33,449 nt of DNA, from positions 27,547,706 to 27,581,154 of the forward strand of contig JBOZIK010000001.1 in the NCBI GenBank assembly GCA_051453625.1, in the 5' to 3' direction. Positions within the stretch are counted from its first letter, which is position 1. The number at the start of each line of letters is the position of its first letter. The notes under the pieces are model-generated. The model ran no database searches and was not told where the DNA came from. It saw nothing but the letters and a program-made list of their open reading frames with translations. A program made the position numbers and the translations under genes. Origin of the DNA: Welwitschia mirabilis. Its lineage: Eukaryota. Positions 9,708 through 23,100 of this stretch are shown in pieces.

Positions 9708-11512
9708 TTGATTTTGTCTTAGTACTTATCTCTATTAATCTCACAAGTAAAGCCTCTTTTAAAGATGGAACTTCTTTATCCTTATAAAGTATGTGAAAAT
9801 AAGGGATATGATCTAATATTTCAATGTCATCATCATATTCTTCTTCACCATTCTCATCATCGTATTGCATGTTATTATTTTTTTTAAAGGAGAAATGCAA
9901 TCATATAACTCTATTTCATCATTTAACAAATGATCATCCTCATTTTTATTGTTAAAAGATAGAATTAAATTATTATTATCTCTCCTTTGCTCATCTCCTA
10001 ATGAGTAGGATGTTGAAGTTTGATTCAAAATTTTATAAGATGAAGTAGAATAGATTTTAAAGGAGCCTATATTTTGTAATAATGTTTGTTGCAAGATCTA
10101 AACCAAATTTTATAGTTTATTTTTCATATTTTCTAGGCTTTTCTCCATTTCATTAATCATTTCTTTCATTAAATCATTTTCATTTTCATAGTTTATGGGA
10201 GATGGATGGAGTGGATAAAAGTGATAGTACAAGGTTGAATTCCTAAGATTTTCATTGTCATTCCTATGTGAAGTTTGAAAAGAAAAGGGGGGATAATAAG
10301 ATGGTATAAAAAGGAATAAGCTTAATCCTTAGTTTCAACATCATTTTATGTTATTATCTGTCTTCTACAAGAATTTCTTAAAAGTTTTTTCACTATTATT
10401 CTTAGAATTTTTAAGTTTGTCCTCCCCACCTCAAAAAATTTTAAAGTATCCTTCTATTACTATTCATAATTGAGAAGAATGGAAAAAGAAGAGTCTAATT
10501 CAAAATAAAGATAAGTGCATAGTGATAGTCGAGTTCTAATTTTTTTAATGTTTTAACCAAAAAAAAAGCTCAGAAAAGATATTATATGCACCTAGATATT
10601 GCATTTCAAATTCTATTTTAAAGTTAATCAATCCTTCTTTGATACTTTATTTTTCTAGACTAACCATATTACAACATCCTATAATTAAAAAAAATAGAAA
10701 AAAATAAAAAACAATATACTATGATCCTATTTGTCATGGAAACAATAGAGGAAATAACATCCATAGAGAGTAGAAAATAGAAACTTAATGGAGTGAAAAG
10801 TTAAAAACTAGAGAAACACAGAGACGATCATTTTCCTCATCATCTAGATAATAAAGACGATGACAAAAACTAATTATTACTATGATAATAGAAAACTAAA
10901 ATCTAAAAACAAAAACTAAAATCATAGATTATCATCCTATCTATCATGGGATAACAGAGAGGATGATAGTTATTTTTCTAGTGCAACAAAGACAGAAAGG
11001 AAAGTCAAAAGGGGTCTTATTGCTAGGGTTACATAGTAGAAAATGACACACAAAAGGCACTCTAAAACATGCTCCATTATAGAAAAGAAACTAATGAAAC
11101 AGTTAAAGATCAGTTGTTAGAGTTAGTTACAGAGGTCTTCCTAGCTATTATCTAGACAACATAGGGAACGATAGCTCCTTACAAAAGATGACTTAGTAGA
11201 TGATTCAGCAGATAACTTAGTAGTTCACATTAGCATCAAATGTCTTATCATCCTACTTATCATGGAGATGACATAGGGGACGAAAGTCTTCTTTGTTTAT
11301 TTTAGTAAAGAGAAGCTAGTCTTTCTATTAGTAATCTTTCTCTAAAGCTCTATGTATCAGACTAAATGCCTCAAATTATGCTAAGAATTGCACATTTTTG
11401 AGATCTTCCATCAATTCTTCCAAATCCTTAGAATTGCATCTAAACCTGTGAAAATGTCCTGTAAAATAGCCCATAAAACCCCATCAAATAACCACAAATT
11501 GATAGCACATCA
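9708..11512 (-). mobile_element. E2: deleted copy of the same family (internal 5' region fused to the U3 half of the 5' LTR)
   Basis: 9708-~10975 is collinear with E1 ~6860-8190. From 10981 (gtgcaacaaagacagaaagg, cf. 3207) it is LTR sequence ending gatagcacatca at 11512. The PBS and the U5 half of the LTR are missing. Confidence 0.8.
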
Positions 11513-13871
11513 ATTATCCTTGCATCCTTATAAATAAAATTATTAGATCTAATTATTCCTTTTTCCCATCAAAAAAAGATCTACTTATATTCTCATTTAC
11601 CAAACGTTTTCTCATATTCTATCATCTTAATTTTGTTAATTTGGTTTTGTTATATATATTAATTTTATTATTAATGACATATAAAAGAATAAAATCTTCA
11701 AATTCATCTAGTTCATTAGAAGTTTATGAAATTGTATTTATTTCCATGAGAAAATCATAATTCTTATCTAAAGGATTTCTATCTTGAATACTTCTTAAAA
11801 TACTCCTATATTAGTATTATGAAGGATCATCTCTTATATGCTTATTTATAACATCTAGATAATACTTATATTAAACTCATGCTATAATCCCTTAATAGTC
11901 TCATTACCAAAATATGATGGAAGATTCCTAACTAGTGGAAGTTGGTCAAGATAACTCATTAAAGTGATGGATCCTTTTCTTCATGTTATTGGAAAGACAT
12001 CTACTTCATTTTTGTTAAAAAATAAAGTTATTAAAATAAAAAAGGAAACCTAGCAAACTAAAAGATATTTATTTTACAATTACATAAAAGATATAATAAG
12101 TGTTTTGGTATAGAATTTCTTATCTCATACTATAGGCATAGATCACATAGAATTTTGTAGATAGAAAATGTTAAAAAAATGATAGTTTATTTACCAATAG
12201 AGTATGTTGTTATTCCAAAGTTTTCAAATCTTAAAAAAAGTTCTTACATTGTTATTTTTTTATATTAATTAATTTAATCTTATGCACTTATTACTTCTAA
12301 CAAGGCTAATTGTTTTCATATAGACAACCCCTCCCTTCTACCACCCATTACCACAACATTTTTAAACTAGTTTGCATTATTGAAATGAAAAAAAAATAAG
12401 GGATTAATGATTCATAATTAAGAGAATATTTCTAGATTTAAAGATGATGTTAAAACTCACATGTTTAAAGGAACAAAAGATTTTTAAATTTCAAGTATAA
12501 GACCATACCATATAGAGACATAAATATTTAAATTTCATAATTAATTTAATTTATCTATATTGTGTTCTTACTATATCATGCTTTACATAAAAGCTAATAT
12601 TTGGAAGAATCTAGATGATTATTATTATTATTATAATATCTTATAGTTTTTAAATATTTAGTTATTCATACTTTTGAGAAAGCTTAACTATTATAAAATT
12701 AAATGTTACATGTTCTATTTATTTTTCAATAGGAAATAATTATTTAATTAAAAATTTCTTGTTAGTACAATTTTCTCTTATTTTGAAATAAGCAAGGATG
12801 CCTTTCCATGATGTTCAATGGCCTTTAAATTTAGTTCAAAAGGTTATAATTTAACAAAGTTATATGTTTTTTAACCATAAATGTAAAAACTAAATGAATG
12901 TTATAAGGTAACCTTATGCATTAATGAGAACAACTCTAATCTTATCTTTAAATATGGATGTGTAATTGTAATTATGTAATTGTTAATTATCTATTAGATC
13001 TATTATGTAATAAGAATAATGACTCATTTCTATCTTTAACATTTCATTTATTTTTTTATTTTCTCTTATTTTTATGTTTGTAGATTAACTTGGTATCCAA
13101 CACGATATAAAACTATCAATAGAAATGCTTTAGAGACTATACTAATAATTTTTTGTTTTGGTTACTTTTATTACAAATATAGGGTTTTTACATGTGAAAC
13201 CCCATGTTTTTATAGAATTTATAAAGGATTCATGAAACAAACCTTAGCTACTAAGGTCGAGATCTATTGTCAATAGATCTTGTGTGTATTTAAGATGTTG
13301 TAGAGAATGAATAATAGAAAATGGATTAATAATAGTTAGAAAACATTAATTTTTAACTAAAAAATTCCATTTCCATAACTTCATAGCATGCAGGCGTTAA
13401 CATGTCATATGTGTGATGTTAAAAGTTGCACATGATAAGCCTATGATGATCAACCCTAATGTTAGACATTAAACATTACATTCCTTAGTATGATACATGA
13501 CATGATATATTAAACTATTAAATATCAATTATCACATGTATTGCATGATATTTTACCATCCAATTTTATATGTACTTCCATTTTTCATGTAATGCATTAA
13601 TGTCACACATTAGAGTTTGATGCCAATTATTTAATTATTTCCTAGAAGTAATCCTAGATATAAATAAAAGTCTATTTCTTAGGAGAGGGTTTAATTTTTT
13701 AAGATAAATTATGATTATAGAAAAATATTTAATGTCTTAGAGAAAATTTGATAGGAGGAAAAGCTTAAATATTAAAAATGAAAGTTTTTTTAATAAGGAT
13801 TTCTATTTAATTTTTGAATTCATTCTTATTAGGTCTCTCTATAAAGCTTAAAAGGGTCAGTCTCAATGGGT

Positions 13872-13925
13872 AAAAAGAAAAAAAGAAGAAGAATAAAGAA
13901 AGAAAGAAAGAAAAATTAAAAAAAA
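13872..13925. repeat. Purine-rich (A/AAAG) low-complexity tract
   Basis: aaaaagaaaaaaagaagaagaataaagaaagaaagaaagaaaaa is visible directly. Confidence 0.7.
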
Positions 13926-15113
13926 TCAAGTAATAAAGCCATATTGATATAATAGATCTATCTTAAGTTAACAATTATAAACAGTTAGTTATGGAAATAA
14001 ATTGCAATTTCTTAATAAATTAATAAATGAATAATGCTTAAAAATATAATTTATAGTCCATTATCATTATATCATGAGTTTGTTTCTTAAATAAAGGCTT
14101 TTTCTTTTACTTTCAATCTAGTTATTCTATGATGAACATTAAGACTTCTAATAAATATTTGTAATTCTATTAATGATTATGAAGAAATATCTTTAGTAAA
14201 ACATTATTAAAATTTTGTAAGTCATAAAGTCATTTAATTCTTAATGTGTATAACCTATAAATTATTAATTACAATTTAAACATTTTATACCATTCATGTT
14301 ATAAGTTTTATTTTAAGAAAATCATTCATTTTTTTTATCTTATTGAATTAAAGATTATTACTAAATTATTTATAATAAAAATGATAGTTCTTTATTAAGA
14401 GATATTTATTTTAAGAAGAAACATAATGATTTTTTAAAGATATAAAAGTTATTTGTTATTTTAACAATAATTTTTTATTTACAATGAAATGGATTTACAA
14501 TATTTCTTGAAAATGTTAAAATAGATAAAATATAAGAAGTGAGTTTAAAATAAGAGGCCTTTTCATTTAAAGAAAGATATTACTTCTTAAATATAATAAC
14601 ATTAATTTATTTATTTTATAAAATATTTTATAAAAATAAAAATAAAAGGATTATGGTACTTTATAATATACTATTATTGTTGAAAGTGATAAGATTCTTC
14701 TTACTATTTTTCACTTCATGCTTAAGGATAATTAAAAAATCATTTAAGGAGAACTTTGATTTGATTGCTTTTTAGTGGCTATGAAGGTTATGAAAACCTA
14801 TTAGGATGTAACTATATGTGTTTAGTCTCAATGATATTTTTTATATGTAAAAGGATAGGCTTTTTCATAATGAATTACAAGATCCAAAAACCTATGAGAA
14901 TGAACTTAAATAAAGTTGAAACATCAAGGTAGTGGAATTGTTTCATCTTTAAATGTTTTAAATGAATAATAGAGAAAGAAATTAGACATTATTTTATTAA
15001 AAATATATGAGTCTAATTAGGAAGATAAAATATCATCATTTTAAAGATCCATCAAAAATACAACCAAATATGATTTCTATTTCAAATCCAAAATGAAAAT
15101 TAAAACTATGTCT

Positions 15114-16800
15114 TGTTGCAGTGTGTATTTATGCAATTGTTAAATCCTTCATTAAATTTTGTTAAGAACAAATATTTACACAAATACAACATACTAATAT
15201 AGACAGAAGTCAATCCAAATATGTAATTCATCAAAGGCACTAGGCAAGAAGAAAGAGAATTGATTTTGAATGATATTTTTTTTGGGTATTTTTATTTTAT
15301 GATTAAATAATGAAAATAGCAATGCAAGAAAATAAACACACAATGCAAAGAAATGCAAACTACTTCTAAATGCAATATCTTTTTAACTATTAAATCTTTA
15401 TCATCAAGATCTACTACATATAACCTAGATTAATTAAGGAAACTATCATTAATTCTAACCAATCTAAGCTATCAATTGTGTCGAGTAGAATATGGAAAAC
15501 ATGTAATGATTAAGCTAGGAATATAAAATGCAATATAATGTAATGCAATGCAAGATACTAAACTGATGATTTCAACCTTGACAAAGATTTCCATTGAATG
15601 CCTATACAATTATGAAACTCTTATGAAATCATAACCAACATAAACCATAAGGGACATGCACAAGAATAAAATTTAAGAGAGTATTTTCATTATTTCATGA
15701 ATCAACATCCTGTTATAAAGTAGCAACACCTTAATAAAGGATACATAGTCCAACACTAAGGAATCCCCCTCTCTGTAGCTAACAGATGGATCTCCTATTC
15801 TTTGATCATCTATTATGAGATTTTTAGGTGCTAAGTAAAATAAATTCATAGTTGANNNNNNNNNNNNNNNNNNNNNNNNNNNNNNNNNNNNNNNNNNNNN
15901 NNNNNNNNNNNNNNNNNNNNNNNNNNNNNNNNNNNNNNNNNNNNNNNNNNNNNNNNNNNNNNNNNNNNNNNNNNNNNNNNNNNNNNNNNNNNNNNNNNNN
16001 NNNNNNNNNNNNNNNNNNNNNNNNNNNNNNNNNNNNNNNNNNNNNNNNNNNNNNNNNNNNNNNNNNNNNNNNNNNNNNNNNNNNNNNNNNNNNNNNNNNN
16101 NNNNNNNNNNNNNNNNNNNNNNNNNNNNNNNNNNNNNNNNNNNNNNNNNNNNNNNNNNNNNNNNNNNNNNNNNNNNNNNNNNNNNNNNNNNNNNNNNNNN
16201 NNNNNNNNNNNNNNNNNNNNNNNNNNNNNNNNNNNNNNNNNNNNNNNNNNNNNNNNNNNNNNNNNNNNNNNNNNNNNNNNNNNNNNNNNNNNNNNNNNNN
16301 NNNNNNNNNNNNNNNNNNNNNNNNNNNNNNNNNNNNNNNNNNNNNNNNNNNNNNNNNNNNNNNNNNNNNNNNNNNNNNNNNNNNNNNNNNNNNNNNNNNN
16401 NNNNNNNNNNNNNNNNNNNNNNNNNNNNNNNNNNNNNNNNNNNNNNNNNNNNNNNNNNNNNNNNNNNNNNNNNNNNNNNNNNNNNNNNNNNNNNNNNNNN
16501 NNNNNNNNNNNNNNNNNNNNNNNNNNNNNNNNNNNNNNNNNNNNNNNNNNNNNNNNNGAGTGGAGGAGGTATTTATTACAATTAAAACATTCTAAAAACA
16601 ACAAATCTGACCAACAAAATAGAAAGGCTAATGGTGCATAGAAGGTGCATAATACATTACACAAGTTAGGTAAAGTTTGGTGCATTAACCAAAATTAGAT
16701 TACTGTCTTGATTATCATCTGGATGATGGTGGAGATGATGTCATGTCAAAAGAAGTTTACATTAACTTCCATCTTTACTCTAGTTAGTATCCTTGTTAGC
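15114..16800 (-). mobile_element. LTR of a related subfamily, spanning a 702-N gap and interrupted by E3
   Basis: Starts tgttgcagtgtgtatttatgca and shares LTR blocks (aacataaaccataagggacat; agatggatctc). After the gap it resumes with the gaggaggtatttat TATA region and a palindromic-motif copy (~16707-16740), then stops at the E3 start. Confidence 0.7.
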
Positions 16801-17787
16801 TATTATGTTGCTAATTTATGTGTTTTTAATTAGGTTTTATGATTTATTTTGTAAGACATTTACACAGGTGTATATGTAATTCTAAGGCTTTCGGAGAATC
16901 CACATAAGGTCTCAAAAATGTGAAATTCTTAGCATAATTTAAAGCATTTAAGGCATGTTATAATACATAGATATTTGAAGGAAGATTACTGATAAAAAGA
17001 TTAGCTTCTCCTTACTACAATGAATAAAGAATACCATCATCTCCTCTATTGTCCCCATGACAAGTAAAATAATAACTACATTTAATGTTGATATGGACAA
17101 CTGAGTCAACTACTGAATCATCTTTTGTAAATTACTGGTGTCTTTATGTCATCTAGACGATAGTTAGGATGACCACTGTAACTGACTCTAATATTTGACC
17201 TTAATCATTTTGTCCATTTTTTATCTATAATGGTGTGTGTTTTGAGTACCTTTTATATGTCATTTTCTACTATATAACCCTATAAATAATAACCTCTTTT
17301 GACTCTCCTCTTTATCTTCATTGTACTAAAAATTCTTGTGACAAGAGACTAAAGATGAAAGATCTATCTTGAGATTTGCAAAAAGACATTTCCTTAATGG
17401 AGAGCTACACATCCTCCATTGAGGCTTGACTATTTTGTAACCCAATGTTATTCCTTTTAATATAAAATTTGTTTTCATTATTGCATTTATATTTGTTATA
17501 TGTCCCTTATAGTTTATGTTTCCCTTGATCTAGTGACAATTTCATTAGTAATATAGGTCTTAAGGACTATCTTTATTAAGGATAAAAGAAGGTAGTTTAG
17601 TTTTATTTTGCATTGCATTTAGTTAGTTGCATTACATCTTTATTTTCTACATTGTTCTTTAAGTTCAGTTACCATTTTCTTATGAAAATGAATCCTTAAT
17701 CTCATCTCATAGACTTCAATGAGATAAAACATTCACGTTTACTCCCACTCATACTAGTGTGTACATGCATAAATACCCACTGCAACA
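16801..17787 (+). repeat. E3 5' LTR (987 bp)
   Basis: Starts tattatgttgctaatttatg (decayed TGTTGCACTACCAATTTGTG, cf. the E4 end) and ends cactgcaaca. A ~55-bp deletion lies near 17762 relative to the E1/E4 LTRs. Confidence 0.85.
17281..17288 (+). promoter_or_regulatory. Putative LTR TATA box
   Basis: ccTATAAATA is retained at the same position in other LTR copies (tatttata on + near 3244, 9212 and 24731), downstream of the two U3 palindromic motifs. Confidence 0.55.
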
Positions 17788-17790
17788 AAT

Positions 17791-17808
17791 TAACACCATT
17801 ACTAGAGA
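17791..17808 (+). other. E3 primer-binding site, decayed tRNA-Asp type
   Basis: taacaccattactagaga lies 3 nt after the LTR's CA. It matches TGGCGCCGTTGCCGGGGA at 10/18 positions, and all 8 differences are G>A or C>T. It is followed by aggctgct, as in E1. Confidence 0.7.
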
Positions 17809-18699
17809 AGGCTGCTAAGGAGAATGAGGGTTGTAATCATTAGGGTGAGTACATCGGATTTCCATTTGATTATTTATCTATAATGATGTTATATTTTAAT
17901 TACAATCCTTAGTTTTTTTTTTATTTTTGCAGTTTTTCAATTTGATTTTCAGTAGTAAAATAATCATTATCCCTTTTGTCATTGTCATGATAGACAGGAT
18001 GAAGGTCTATGGTTTTAGTTTTTAGTTTTCTATTAGCATAGTAATAATTAGTCTCTATCATCTCCTTTATCTTTTGGATGATCAAAAGAATAACAGTCTT
18101 TATGTTTTTCTAGTATTTGGCTTTCCACTCTGTTAAGTTTCTATTTTTTGTTCTTTGTGTGTGTCATGTATTTTATCGTCCTCACGATAGTCAAGATAGA
18201 AGTCTATTATTTTTTATTTGTTTCTATATTGTTTTATGATTGTAGAATACTATAATATGATCAGTCTATAAAAATAAATATTAAAGAAAAACAACTATAG
18301 ATAGAAGAAAGTATCAAAGAAGGATTAGTCAAACTTTGTAATAAAATTAGAAACACAATCTCTAGATGCATATAATATCTCTTCTGAGTTTTTTTCCTTT
18401 ATTAAAACATTAAGGAAACTAGAACTCGACTATCACTGTGCATTTATCTTCATGTTGAATTAGAATATTTTTTTTCATTCTTCACAATTATGAATAATAA
18501 GACAATGATACTTCAAAAAAATTTTGAGATAAGGAGGAGCAAGTTTCAAAATTCTAAGAATAATATTCAGAAAATACTTTAAGAAATTCTTGTAGAAAGA
18601 GGGATAATAATATGAAATGGTGTTGATAGTAGTGATTGGGTTCATTTCTCTTTTCAACCCTCTTATTATTTCCCCATTCTTTTTCAAACTTCATATAGG

Positions 18700-20100
18700 A
18701 ATGATAATGAAAATCTTAGGGATTCAACCTTGTACAATCACTTTTATCAATCCCATCCATCTCCCATGTATTACTATAAGGAAGAACCATCTTTCATAAG
18801 CTATTAAGAGAATGAAAATGATTCACTAAAACAAATGATGGACAAAATAATAAAAAACCATGAAAATACCAACAAAACACTAGAGAATTTGGTTAAAATC
18901 ATACAACAGATACTATTATAAAATTTAGAAGATGAGAAAAGGAAATACAACAATAATTTAAATCTATCTTTCAATAATAAAAATGAGAATAATCATTCAT
19001 TAGATGATGCTATTGAGATGTTCGATCATATATCTAAAACCCATTTACCAGATGGATTCATGAAAAAGCTAAAAAAATTTTAATTTATGATAAACATAAT
19101 GATCACATTTCTCCCTCTAATGAATCTAATAATATGCAATAAGATGATAAGAGTGGTAAAGAATAAGATGAGAATAACATTAAAATATTAGAACATATTC
19201 CTTATTTTTACTTACTTTGTAAAGATAATGGATTTCCACATTTAAACGAAGTTCAACTTATGAGATTAATGGAGATAAGCATTAAGGAAAAACCAATGAA
19301 AAATAGTAAACTTAGTAATAGCAACTCAATCATTAGAAATAAGGATTGCAATTTAGATTTAACAACATTATTCAATATAGAGGAAGAGGAGTCAAATCAA
19401 GAAATATCAGAAAGTCATTCATCACATAATGAAGACAATCATAACTTTTCTTTCTATAATCTTTTTAATGATAATTTTGAGGAATTCATCAACTTAGAAA
19501 AGAAAAATAATCCTCAAAAAAATAAGAAAGAAGAACAAGATACAATCAATGATAATAATAATAAAGAAGAGGAAGATATGATCAATGAAGAAATCATTCA
19601 ATTAACTCTTCAAATCACATTCTTATCCTTAAAAGTAATGTAATACATCATCTTGAGAACTTGACTCCAAGAATATCACAATCCTTTCTTTTAAAAATTT
19701 CATGTGCTACAAAAAGTAACATCTTTTTCTTTTTTATAAATATAATTCTTCTTTTCTCTTTTAATGATTTTTCTTTTCAAAAACAAGGCTTAGGATATCG
19801 TAGAACTCTAATTTAGGGTGAATCATAAGTTTGTAATCCAAATTCATGTTTAAAATTAAATGTTAAAGAGCTTATTAGATATATAAAACCTATTTTAATC
19901 ACTCATCTCAAGAATTTTCTTACAAAACCGTAGATCTNNNNNNNNNNNNNNNNNNNNNNNNNNNNNNNNNNNNNNNNNNNNNNNNNNNNNNNNNNNNNNN
20001 NNNNNNNNNNNNNNNNNNNNNNNNNNNNNNNNNNNNNAATCATACCTTCCATGTTCAATATCAAGCTCTAAATGCAATTTATATTCCAAATCCTTTATAA
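18700..20100 (+). pseudogene. Degenerate internal ORF of E3, duplication unit 1
   Basis: Includes ORF 19260-19643, homologous to E1 ORF 6191-6799 (EEESNQEISESHSSHNED..NFSFYNL). Multiple stops. Confidence 0.6.
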
Positions 20101-23100
20101 CATGAGTTTGATAAGAGATTGCTTGTTCATGAGTTATATAAATTTTTTATCTGTTATATTGTTACTAAATCTTGTAGAAACAAAATATTACGTGCTTATG
20201 CTAATTATTAAAATCCTTGTTTTCTTACTAAAAATCCATGTCTTGAATTAAATAATAGAAAACATTTTAAACAGGCTTTAAAATCATCTTGGATAGTTTC
20301 CTTGAGACCCTTGTCACATGTATTTTATAATGATACTCAAGATTCATAGAGTTTTCATAAGAAATTATTTTTCATTAATACTTATTACTTCTTTATCTCT
20401 TATTTGAATTCTAAAATTTATGCTATTAAAGTTTTATGTTTTTATCCTTTCTTCTTCCATTTAATTTTACTTAAAAGTGATTTTATACATTTTATATTCT
20501 ATCAATGAGTGAACATTTGGTTTGGGCCTTATTTATCTAAAAGAATGTAAAATAATCCTTTCCTTTTTCCTTTCTTTCTAATAAAAGTATGATTAGATTT
20601 TAAGATTTGAATACAATTTGTTTACTTTAGTGTTTCCTTTTTGATTCTTATGATTTTGACTTTGATGTTTGTCTTCAGCTCTCTATTTTCATTTTCTACC
20701 TTTATTTTTCTATTAGATTTCTATTTTCTATTTTTGATTTCTATTTTTGTTGTCCTCTATGTCATCTAGATGATGAGAAGGATGATAGTTTGTTGTTTTT
20801 AATTTTATTTTCTATTATTTTAAGAAAATACATTCTAATGGTTTTGTTGATATTTCTGACTTAACCACTTAATAATTTTAAAAACTTAATGAACATATGC
20901 TAAAAATATATAAGAAACCATCTGAAATTTATCTTAGCTTTTTCCTTTCGATGCCATTATGATATTACTTAATCATTTTTCAAACATGACTTATATTTTT
21001 ATTTCCATGACTACTCTTTGCTTTGTAATAAATGATATCTATTACTTATTTATCTCTTATTTGAATTCTAAAATTTATGCTATTAAAGTTTTATGTTTTT
21101 ATTCTTTCTTCTTCCATTTAATTTTACTTAAAAATGATTTCATACCTTTTATGTTTTCTTAAGGATCCAACCTCGTACAATCACTTTTATCAATCCCATC
21201 CATCTCCCATGTATTACTATGAGGAAGAACCATCTTCCTTAAGCTACTAAGAGGAAGAAAATAATCCACTAAAAGAAATGATGGACAAAATAATAAAGAA
21301 CCAAGAAAATATGAATAAGACACTAGAGAATTTTTTTAAAATCATATAATGAATACTATAATAAAATGAAGAAGATGAGAAAAGAAAATACAATAATAAT
21401 TTAACTCTATCTTTCAATAATAAAAATGAGAATGACCATTTATTAGATGATGCTATTAAGATGTTAGATCATATATCTGAAGCCCATTTACTAGATGAAT
21501 AATAGATTCATGAAAATTCTAAAAAAATTTAATCTATGATAAACATAATAATCGCATTTCTCCTTCTAATGAATCTAATAATATGCAATAAGATGATAAG
21601 AGTGATAAAGAAGAAGATGAGAATAACATTAAAATATTAGAACATATTCCTTATCTTCACTTACTTTACAAAGATGATGGAGTTCCACCTTTAAAAGAAG
21701 TTCAACTTATGAGATTAATGGAGATAAGTATTAAGGCAAAATCAATGAAAAAAGAGTCGACTTCATAATAGCAACTCAATCACTAGAAATAAGGATTACA
21801 ATTCAGATTTAACAACATTATTCAATAGAGAGGAAGAGGATTCAAATCAAGAAATATCGGAAAATCATTCATCACATAATGAAGACTATCATAACTTTTC
21901 TTTCTATAATCTTTTTAATGATAATTTTGAGGAATTCCCTAACTTAGAAAAGAAAAATAATCCTCAACAAAATAAGAAAGAAGAACAAGATACAATCAAT
22001 AATAATAATAATAAATAATATGGAGATATGATTAATGAAGAAATCATTCAATTAAGCAACTCTTCAAATCACATCCTTATCCTTAAAAGTAATGCAACAC
22101 ATCATCTTGAGAACTTAACTTCAAGAATCTCACAATCCTTTCTTTTGAAAACTTCATGTGCTACAAAAAGTAACATCTTTTTTTCTTTTAAAAATCTAAT
22201 TCTACTTTGCTCTTTTAATGATTATTCTCTTTAAAAATAAGACCTGGGATATCTTAGAACTCTAATTTAGGGCAAATCATAAGTTCATAATCCAAATCCA
22301 TGTTTAAAATTAAATGTTAAAGAGCTTCTTAGGTATATAAAACCTATTTTAATCACTCATCTCAAGAAGTTTCTTACAAAACTATGGATCTCAAATCATA
22401 CCTTCCATGTTCAATATCAAGCTCTAAATGCAATTTATATTCCAAATCCTTTATAACATGAGTTTGATAATAGATTTTTTTTTATGAGTTATATAAATTT
22501 TTTATCTATTATATTATTGCTAAATCTTGTAGAAAAAAAATATTATGTGCTTATGCTAATTATTAAAATCCTTGTTTTCTTACTAAAAATCCATGTCTTG
22601 GATTAAATAATAGAAAACATTTTAAAGAGGCTTAAAAATCATCATAGATACTTTCCTTGAGACCCTTCTCACATGTATTTTATAATGATACTAAAGATTC
22701 ATAGAGTTTTCATAAGAGATTATTTTTCAATGATACTTATTACTTCTTTGTCTCTTATTTTAATTCTAAAATTTATGCTATTAAATTTTTATGTTTTTAT
22801 TCTTTCTTCTTCCATTTAATTTTACTTAAAAATGATTTCATACCTTTTATGTTCTATCAATTGGCGAACATTTGATTTGGGCCTTGTTTCTCTAAAAGAA
22901 TGTAAAATAAATCCTTTCCTTTTTCGTTTCTTTCCAATAAAAGTATGATTAGATTTTAAGATTTGAATAAAATTTGTTTACTTTAGTGTTTCCTTTTTGA
23001 TTCTTAAGATTTTAACTTTGATTTTCTTCTTCAGCTCTCTATTTTCATTTTCTACCTTTATTTTTCTATTAGATTTCTATTTTCATTTTTGGTTTCTATT

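Noticed and set aside
2661..11517. E1+E2 as one element bounded by a TSD
   Set aside because: The flanks tactt (2661-2665) and attat (11513-11517) do not match, and a gap separates the two copies.
13180..13620. Possible Mutator-like TIR element (gggtttttt...aaacccc hairpin; atgtgtga/tcacacat inverted pair)
   Set aside because: Only short, weak inverted matches, with no second terminus or TSD found.
15846..16685. Long ORFs of 279 and 247 aa
   Set aside because: Almost entirely X from the 702-N gap. The ORFs at 2247, 19895 and 29852 likewise depend on N-runs.
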